Source: a virus. From it: a stretch of 64,000 nucleotides of DNA. Of the stretch, positions 57,830 through 64,000 are shown piece by piece (position 1 is the first letter of the stretch; each line of letters opens with the position of its first letter). Both the position numbers and the translations under genes were made by a program. Where the stretch lies: the IMG/VR virus record IMGVR_UViG_3300025030_000010, positions 11,382 to 75,381 of that record. The stretch is one strand, 5' to 3'. The notes under the pieces were generated by a model, which was not told the origin of the DNA, did not search any database, and saw only the letters and a list, made by a program, of their open reading frames with translations.

Positions 57830-58215
57830 GGTGTTCTCCTTTTCTGCTGTCGGTTGTGCTGCGTTGGCTTCGTCAATCTGCGAAAGAAGGGAAAGCGTGC
57901 TGCTGTCGTTTTTCAGTGTCGCGTTGTGCTGCTTAATCGCGTCTGCTGTTGCAATCGGGTCCGCCCCGTTCAAAACTGCTTTAATGCCGCTGAGAAATGT
58001 TCCGTCAAATGTCGTTTTTTCATTGTCTTCTCCTCGTTGATTCCGCTCTGTCATGTGCGTTGATTCCGATCTGATACGTGTTGATTCCATTACAGTATGT
58101 GAGTAATGCAAAGTCCTTTGCTCTGCGCTGCTCTCAACTGTCGCGCTGTCAATGTGTACTGTCGATTTCTTATCATGACTCTGAACATGCTTTCCCTCTC
58201 GCTGTCGTGTGTTTA

Positions 58216-58277
58216 TTTGACTGCTCAAGCGAAGCGCTTCAACGCTGATCTGTTGAAGCGTTCTATCAGCTTTCAAA
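58216..58277. repeat. Intergenic hairpin element, copy 6
   Basis: Same conserved ends, different stem. Confidence 0.9.
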
Positions 58278-58282
58278 TGCTC

Positions 58283-58534
58283 TCAAAGACTCTTAACAAC
58301 GCGCTCTAGATACTCTGACAATTCATGATCAATTCCCAGCAGCACTTGAGCAGCAGAGCGAATTCCCAGCAGTTTGTTGAAGTGGCAACGAGCTTCAGAT
58401 TTTTCGTTGTGATACGCTTCACTGTAATCGTTTAGCACTGTGTCAAAGTATGCGCGAAGCGCTAAAACGTTGCTGTAATCAACATGCGTTACTGAATCAC
58501 TGCTCTGTTTAATCAACTTGTTTTTCTCGCTCAT
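58283..58534 (-). CDS. Early-region hypothetical protein
   Basis: Fills space between elements 5 and 6. Confidence 0.65.
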   Translation of the reverse strand: MSEKNKLIKQSSDSVTHVDYSNVLALRAYFDTVLNDYSEAYHNEKSEARCHFNKLLGIRSAAQVLLGIDHELSEYLERVVKSL

Positions 58535-58556
58535 GATATCCCCTCTGCTGCTGTAT

Positions 58557-58621
58557 TTGACTGCTCAAGAAAGCACTACAGAACGCGCTAGAATCGTCTG
58601 TAGTGCTCTATCAGAAGTCAA
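58557..58621. repeat. Intergenic hairpin element, copy 5
   Basis: Same conserved ends, different stem. Confidence 0.9.
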
Positions 58622-58629
58622 CGCTTCTC

Positions 58630-58824
58630 TTATGCTTCACACTCTTCAAAATGAGCGTCACAGACAAAAATTCCGTCTTCGTCTATTGTAGTTGCACGCT
58701 CGTTGCAATCGCATATTTCACACATTGCGACACTGTCGAGATTCTCATAGTTCTCTGCTGCTTCTTCGATTGCTAATTTTCCGTATTTGTTCTCGATCAG
58801 CAATTCTCTGTAAGTCTTCGTCAT
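58630..58824 (-). CDS. Small acidic Cys-rich early protein
   Basis: CEICDC...CDAH; between elements 4 and 5. Confidence 0.65.
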   Translation of the reverse strand: MTKTYRELLIENKYGKLAIEEAAENYENLDSVAMCEICDCNERATTIDEDGIFVCDAHFEECEA

Positions 58825-58862
58825 TTCGTTTTCTCTCTTCGCGCTGTGTCAACGCTCGTTTA

Positions 58863-58930
58863 TTTGACTACTCAAGAACACGCTACAGAACGCGCTTAAA
58901 ATCGTCTGTAGCGTGCTATCAGTGTTCAAA
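58863..58930. repeat. Intergenic hairpin element, copy 4
   Basis: TTTGACTACTCAA...CTATCAG-TGT-TCAAA; stop codon of upstream gene lies inside the TTTGA arm. Confidence 0.9.
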
Positions 58931-59360
58931 TTATGTATGCGTGCTCTTCAAACTCTGTATCTCTCAGAGCTTCAATTAATTCGTCTCGTGTCATGTTTTC
59001 GCAGTCTTCGTCAATCAACGCTCTGTAATGCTCTCTCAGCTCTTCGTCTGTGAAGTTGAGAGCTGCGCAAGCGTTGATAACTGTGTTGACTTCGTCAAGA
59101 TCAGCGCAGAGCGTTTCTTTCTGTTCTTTGTCTACTTCAAACACTATGACTTTGAACTTTGCAGCGAGAACAACGCTTTTTAAATCTTCGTCACACTCAA
59201 GCTCATTTTCTGCGCAGTTGATAACAGCATAATTGACGCTGAAATTCTCGTGATAATCGCGCACATAAAACGTGTAAAATTCATCGCTCTGCTCAATGTA
59301 ATCAGCGTTTAAAAGCTCTTTCGTTGCTGCTGCTAGTTTCTTGAGTTCTCGCTTCTTCAT
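58926..59360 (-). CDS. Acidic early protein (no Gly/Pro/Trp)
   Basis: 144 aa between elements 3 and 4. Confidence 0.7.
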   Translation of the reverse strand: MKKRELKKLAAATKELLNADYIEQSDEFYTFYVRDYHENFSVNYAVINCAENELECDEDLKSVVLAAKFKVIVFEVDKEQKETLCADLDEVNTVINACAALNFTDEELREHYRALIDEDCENMTRDELIEALRDTEFEEHAYII

Positions 59361-59396
59361 GTCGTTTTCTCTCTTCGCTCGTTGTGAGCTGTTTTA

Positions 59397-59452
59397 TTTG
59401 ACTGCTCAAGCGAGACGCTGAAATTGCTTTCAGCGCTCTATCAGCGTTCAAA
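59397..59452. repeat. Intergenic hairpin element, copy 3
   Basis: Same conserved ends, short stem. Confidence 0.9.
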
Positions 59453-59454
59453 CG

Positions 59455-59907
59455 TTACTGCTCAACTGCTACATAATTCAACTGCTCGTGTCGCTCTAAC
59501 AGCGCGTCAATCGCTTTAATCAGCTCTTGAGCATTGAACAACAGAGCTAAATCAATGTCTTCAGTAGTACAATTCCCGTTTTCATCATAAATCCCTAGCT
59601 CTAAATAGTGTTTTGCAAAATCGTTCTCTTCTTCGTTGAAACAGATAATCGCTTGACAGTCTTTTTCATAACATTTTGTGTCAACTGTTATTGCATTATC
59701 TTCGTATCTGTCAGCGTGTCGCATCTCGAAAACAAGTTCTGTCTGTGAAGCGTTCAATGCTTCAACGCGCTGCTCATAGAAGCTAATACGCAAAAACTGA
59801 TCAATGCTAAAAGCGCGTGTTACTTCGTTGCTGATCTTGTTTTCTCTGTTGAAGTAATTGAGAATCACTGCGTTCTTTGCTGCTGTCGTGTCTAGTGTGC
59901 ATTTCAT
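59455..59907 (-). CDS. Acidic early protein
   Basis: 150 aa between elements 2 and 3. Confidence 0.7.
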   Translation of the reverse strand: MKCTLDTTAAKNAVILNYFNRENKISNEVTRAFSIDQFLRISFYEQRVEALNASQTELVFEMRHADRYEDNAITVDTKCYEKDCQAIICFNEEENDFAKHYLELGIYDENGNCTTEDIDLALLFNAQELIKAIDALLERHEQLNYVAVEQ

Positions 59908-59945
59908 GTTGTTTTCTCGCTTCGCGCTGTATCAGCGCTGTTTTA

Positions 59946-60005
59946 TTTGACTACTCAAGCGCAAGCGTCAACGCTGCTCTGTTGACGCTGCTATCAGCAT
60001 TCAAA
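59946..60005. repeat. Intergenic hairpin element, copy 2
   Basis: Same conserved ends, different stem. Confidence 0.9.
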
Positions 60006-60083
60006 ATAATCGATCTGCGAAATTATCAACAAACATACAGACAACAAAAGTTGAAATCAGCGCATAAAATATGAAGTCGTTTT

Positions 60084-60458
60084 TCATGCGATACGCTCGA
60101 CAATCATCGTTGAATCTTCGTCAACAATGTATCGAGTCTCGTTTACTTTCAGCGTTTCAAGCGCTAACACGTCTTCAGTGCTCATAGATACAAGCTCATA
60201 CTGTGATGTAATTGTGAACAACGAAACGTTGCTTAAAATAGCTGCTTTGCTCTCTGCGTCAATTACGTTGAAGCGCTTGCTTTCTTTGTAATAATCGAAA
60301 ATTTGCACACATGCTTTGATATTCATTGCACAATGTTTTCTAAACATCTTGTTAAATTTATCAGCTTCTTTCAGTGCGATTTTTTCGTCTGCGTAAACTA
60401 AACATTTTTCAATCAGTTGCATCTCTGCGTTCACTAGAACAACTTGATATTCACTCAT
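60084..60458 (-). CDS. First early protein (no Gly/Pro/Trp)
   Basis: 124 aa after element 1. Confidence 0.7.
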   Translation of the reverse strand: MSEYQVVLVNAEMQLIEKCLVYADEKIALKEADKFNKMFRKHCAMNIKACVQIFDYYKESKRFNVIDAESKAAILSNVSLFTITSQYELVSMSTEDVLALETLKVNETRYIVDEDSTMIVERIA

Positions 60459-60493
60459 TTCGTTTTCTCTCTTCGCGCTGTGTCAGCGCTGTT

Positions 60494-60568
60494 TTATTTG
60501 ACTGCTCAACACAGCAGCGCAGCGTTTAAAATGTGACTCGCTGCGCTGCTCTATTAAGTTTCAAATAA
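60494..60568. repeat. Intergenic hairpin element, copy 1 (divergent right arm)
   Basis: TTATTTGACTGCTCAA...AGCAGCGCAGCG/CGCTGCGCTGCT...CTATTAAG-TT-TCAAATAA. Confidence 0.85.
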
Positions 60569-60911
60569 CTGCTAATTCATATCTTGTGTTCGTTGTGATG
60601 TCTTACTGCTTCAGCTACTCGCTCATTATTTAAGACTGTATGAGAGCTAATTTAGTACACAGCGCGTAAAAGTTAATTATCGACTCTTGCTAGATAACAC
60701 AGTCGTTTTCGCTTTTTTCAGTTCAGCGTTGCGATGTCATTTCTCTACTCAGTGACAGTCAAGCGCACTATTCAATTATCAAAGAACTCTGAAGTTTAAG
60801 AACTCGCTGCTGTTGCGCTGTTTAAGCGCTTAGAGTGTCAGAGCGAGAGAAAGCAGAGTTGACGCGCTTTCTTTTGTGCTGCGTTTCAAGTTGTCAAATG
60901 CTACAGCTCAC

Positions 60912-60939
60912 AATCTACACGCTATTGATAATATTTCAA
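60912..60939 (-). promoter_or_regulatory. Possible sigma70 promoter for the early array
   Basis: TTGAAA-16 nt-TAGATT; same TAGATTGTG as the 39511 promoter. Confidence 0.4.
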
Positions 60940-61434
60940 GCAAAAAACCAGTAGATAAACGATTTCCTTTAAAATAATTTGCGCTGCTCTTCGCAGTGCT
61001 CAAAGTCGCGTTCTCGCTGCGTTTGTGTGCTGTCGCGCTTATGCTCAAAACACAGCGTAAAACGAACGCATTGACGCTGTAGCGCGTTAACTCTGCTCGT
61101 GTGATAAATGAGACGCGCAGCAGCAAAGACAGCTTAAAACGCAGATAAGAGCGCTGGGCATAGTTGAGCGTGAAATGATCGACAACACAGCGACACGTCA
61201 ACGCAGATCGAAACGAGAGCAGAACACAGCAGCGCGTCAACGTCTCGTGTGCTCGTTGCTGTTGAATGAAAGCTGTCAGATAACACACTATCAGAATGTA
61301 AAACCCTCGTTGCTATACTTGAGTAATGCACGCGAAGCGCTTTAATGTCCTAAATGACTCTTTTTTGTGCAACAATCGCGCAAGTGCTAGTAATCACAGG
61401 AAAACGATTTTGCGCAGCTCCTCAGATCGAAAAG

Positions 61435-61530
61435 TTATCAACATTTGACGCTGTTTTATCAACAGAATGCTATTTCATAAAAACACGCTGAAAACACGAG
61501 TTATCAACAGTTTTCCTCTACTTATCAACA
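61435..61530 (+). repeat. Four TTATCAACA boxes
   Basis: Exact copies at 61435, 61456, 61501 and 61522. Confidence 0.8.
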
Positions 61531-62695
61531 TGCCCTAAAACGAACAAAAACCCGCTTTTTAGACGTTCAAGCGTCAACGTATAGCTCTCTATGCACACGT
61601 TTTCTGTATCTTCAGCGCGTCCTCTGCGAAAGCGCATGAATAAAGGGTTTAGCTGTCATATTGATAAATGAAATCCAACTTTCAAAACGAATAATAGACC
61701 CCTTAAAACGCATCTCAGCACAAAACGCATGAAACAACGCTCTGACACACTCAAGCGCATACATGAGAGCATGAACAGCACAACACTAAACAAACGCGCT
61801 GAACATGCTTTCCCTTTCGCACGTCAACACGTCAACATGCTATAGATAATCGCGCACACGATATACAGCAACACACTCAAGTTTAACCTCTATAAACTTC
61901 CTCAAAGTCACATACTCTGCTAAACAATTCCCTTCTAAATATCTCTTGCATACTGTATGAGCTAACGAAAGAAAGTCCAACAGCACGTTTCTAAAAAGCA
62001 CACAACACAGCAGAACAATCAACGCGCATGACCTCACATAGTTAGCACTGAACTTAATCAAGTTTCGTTTCGTCTTAAAACAGCGATAACACAGCAGCAC
62101 ACACAACAATGAATCAAACTAACAGTTAGTTAATCACAGTCAGCGTGTATATGTTCAACGTATAGAAACTTACAGCATACAAGTGTAGAAAGATCAATTT
62201 CCCGTAGCTCAAAGCTCTCTGCTTTCATGTCGTGAAACTTTGCAGCTCAACAGCACGACACGAGCGCAGCAGATCAGCAGCAGCACACAGCGCAGCGTCT
62301 CACTTGAGCAAGCGCAAGCGATAGCACACGAAACAGCGTCAACACGCTATCACACGAGCACAACAGCGCATCGATAGCACGCTTTATCACAGCTCTGCCC
62401 TTGATAGCACTCGCTCTGCTGCTTCGCTGCTCTCGCCCTGCCCTGCTCGATGCCCTGAGCTGCGCTGCTGTCGATGCTGAGAATTGCGCAAGGGCACCCC
62501 GTGTTTTCAGACACGGTGGGTAGCCAGAAACGCGGAGGTTCCGGATTCTAAACTTTTAGAGTCGAAATCTTATTTTTCTATATAGGGGAAGAAAAAATTT
62601 AAACGTGACGGTGACGGCGTAAAACGAGACACGCGAAAAATCGAAAAGCGCTGGAAAAATTTTCCAAAAAAATTACCGCTGAGGAGCAAAACGAT

Positions 62696-63628
62696 ATGGC
62701 ACGAACGGCACTTCCAAAATTCACGAAACGAAAGGGATTCAGAACTCCCGCGGAAGAGGCAAGAGTCCATGCGGCTACGCCTCAGGGGAAGGTGGAGAAA
62801 TCGCTGCGCAAGGTACGGCGAATGGTCGACAAACGACTGGAGCTGAGAGCGGTGGAGGAAACGGCTGAAATTTTGGCTAGAGAACCTGAAAGTCAAGAGC
62901 CTCGGAAAGAACATCGCACGGGGCGCAGAGTGGATAGGAAAATCGGCGAAGGCATAAACATACCGCCACAGGCTGCGATACCCGTTAACTCTAATGGACG
63001 CCCTGCGATATACGACCCGTACCGCTTCCCACATATTGCCTACGTCCTTTGCAAAGAGCGTGGTTTCACAAACGAGGAACTGGCACGAGTTTTCGACGTA
63101 TCTATTTCCAGCGTAAATCAGTGGATATGGATGCACGAAGAATTTAAAAGAATGGTTAGGAGAGGACGCGATGAATACGACAGTGAGAACGTGGAAAACG
63201 CGCTGCGCAAACGTGCTATTGGCTATAAATATACTGAGACACATCGCACGAGAACTAAGATCATCGGAAAGCTCTCGAACGGTACGGAAGTTGAGATCCC
63301 CGCTCTTTCAATCACCACGGTGGAGAAAGAAGTAGCGCCTGATCCGCGTTCGGCAATGTACTGGCTGCAAAATCGACAACCAGAACGTTGGAAGAATACT
63401 CTCAAGATCGAAGTCGATGCCACAACTGGTCAAGTCGAAGAAGAGGCTCTTTCAATCGAGGATATGTCCACTGCTGAACTTCTTGCGCTACGTGACATCT
63501 CGACTAAAGCGGCTGAGATGCGCGTAAAGACGATTGATATTGCACCCGAGAGGCAACAGTCTTCGGTGGCAGATATTTTAGCGGCAGCCGACAGAATGGC
63601 AATAGCACATCAAAAGGTGACTCCATGA
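62696..63628 (+). CDS. Terminase small subunit
   Basis: GRPAIY, HTH (ELARVFDVSISSVNQW), VENALRKRAIGY, PDPRSAMYWLQNRQPERW. Confidence 0.85.
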   Translation: MARTALPKFTKRKGFRTPAEEARVHAATPQGKVEKSLRKVRRMVDKRLELRAVEETAEILAREPESQEPRKEHRTGRRVDRKIGEGINIPPQAAIPVNSNGRPAIYDPYRFPHIAYVLCKERGFTNEELARVFDVSISSVNQWIWMHEEFKRMVRRGRDEYDSENVENALRKRAIGYKYTETHRTRTKIIGKLSNGTEVEIPALSITTVEKEVAPDPRSAMYWLQNRQPERWKNTLKIEVDATTGQVEEEALSIEDMSTAELLALRDISTKAAEMRVKTIDIAPERQQSSVADILAAADRMAIAHQKVTP

Positions 63629-63810
63629 AAGGTAGAACTCTCGAAGGCGAATTAGTAGATATCCGAATCGGACAGGCACTGTGCGGAATAGGCTTCACAG
63701 AAATCATCTTCGAGTTCGGTGACACGACAAATCCGAATTTCGTGGACTTTATTCATCCCGAGAGCAACTTGTGGATGCGCCTTTGCCCAAAAGATAAAGC
63801 GAGCGTGTAA
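63625..63810 (+). CDS. Hypothetical protein
   Basis: Coupled ORF between terminase subunits. Confidence 0.45.
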   Translation: MKGRTLEGELVDIRIGQALCGIGFTEIIFEFGDTTNPNFVDFIHPESNLWMRLCPKDKASV

Positions 63811-63812
63811 AA

Positions 63813-64000
63813 ATGGCAAGAACCTCAATGGTACATACCGCGGAACAAGCGCACATGAAGCGGCTATTGAACACCCCCGTGGACAAGATCAATAAAGTCC
63901 TCGCGGAGCGTTCTCTAGCCGAGTTCGTTCGACAGCTCTGGCCGTATATCGACCCGCATCCGTACGTTCATGGGTGGCACATCGACGCAATATGCGAGCA
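63813..64000 (+). CDS. Terminase large subunit, N-terminus (runs off window)
   Basis: Hand translation: ...RSLAEFVRQLWPYIDPHPYVHGWHIDAICE, a typical TerL N-terminal motif. Confidence 0.85.
   Translation, partial: MARTSMVHTAEQAHMKRLLNTPVDKINKVLAERSLAEFVRQLWPYIDPHPYVHGWHIDAICE

Noticed and set aside
57830-58276. 398-aa version of the 57080 ORF starting at 58276
   Set aside because: The start lies inside hairpin element 6 with no RBS; better starts are at 57829 or, via slippage, 58023.
52454-60568. Hairpin array as a CRISPR array
   Set aside because: Repeats are separated by whole genes, vary internally, and no cas genes are present.
52454-60568. Elements as hammerhead ribozymes (CUGAUAGA resembles CUGANGA)
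   Set aside because: The required GAAA after stem II and a third stem are absent on that strand.
52454-60568. Elements as canonical integron attC sites, bulge-helix-bulge sites or intrinsic terminators
   Set aside because: No consistent RYYYAAC/GTTRRRY boxes and no tyrosine integrase in the window; central helix is only 3 bp; no U-tract on the coding strand.
52454-60568. Elements as simple sigma70 promoters (TTGAnn on both arms)
   Set aside because: Only about half have a weak -10-like hexamer (GACRAT) at 17 bp, and a promoter would not explain the covarying stems; not fully excluded.
60908-62109. ORFs 60908-61288, 61134-61331 and 61840-62109
   Set aside because: Composition mirrors the low-complexity skewed DNA; no convincing RBS or motifs.
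1-64000. tRNA/rRNA genes, endolysin, integrase/att sites, alternative genetic code
   Set aside because: None recognised by eye; standard-code ORFs tile the window densely. tRNAscan-SE would be needed to exclude tRNAs.

Overview
The window is part of a large tailed dsDNA phage genome (siphovirus-like; host not determinable from sequence). 1-16.5 kb (+): late tail operon with tail tube (5' truncated), G/GT chaperones with a -1 slippery site, 1972-aa tape measure, tail-tip proteins, tail fibre, beta-helix tailspike and small membrane proteins, ending at a bidirectional terminator. 16.6-52 kb (-): replication/recombination arm with a split SbcC plus SbcD, RtcB, RuvC, RecA/UvsX, gp32-like SSB, HU, UvsY, DnaX-like clamp loader, family B polymerase, acyl carrier protein, beta-clamp, ABC-ATPase-GNAT fusion, DnaB-like helicase, DnaC-like loader, initiator, primase, SNF2 helicase, GIY-YIG endonuclease and serine recombinase. 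52-60.6 kb (-): putative early region in which genes are separated by ten copies of a conserved-ends/variable-stem hairpin element. 60.6-62.6 kb: mostly non-coding. 62.7-64 kb (+): terminase small subunit and start of terminase large subunit. Most striking observations: (1) a 282-aa ORF (47554-48402) that reads as a string of short signature motifs from PolB, DnaB helicase, terminase ATPase and nuclease, capsid and tail tube, a candidate decoy for phage-sensing immune receptors; (2) a ~2.2 kb stretch (58783-60947) almost devoid of GG/CC dinucleotides, encoding Pro/Trp-free, nearly Gly-free proteins with GG-free RBSs; (3) the cassette-like hairpin array; (4) tandem paralogues ending in an SSB-tail mimic (DEIPF); (5) a kissing-loop leader/terminator before the replication initiator. 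All assignments are by-eye motif recognition; no database search was run.
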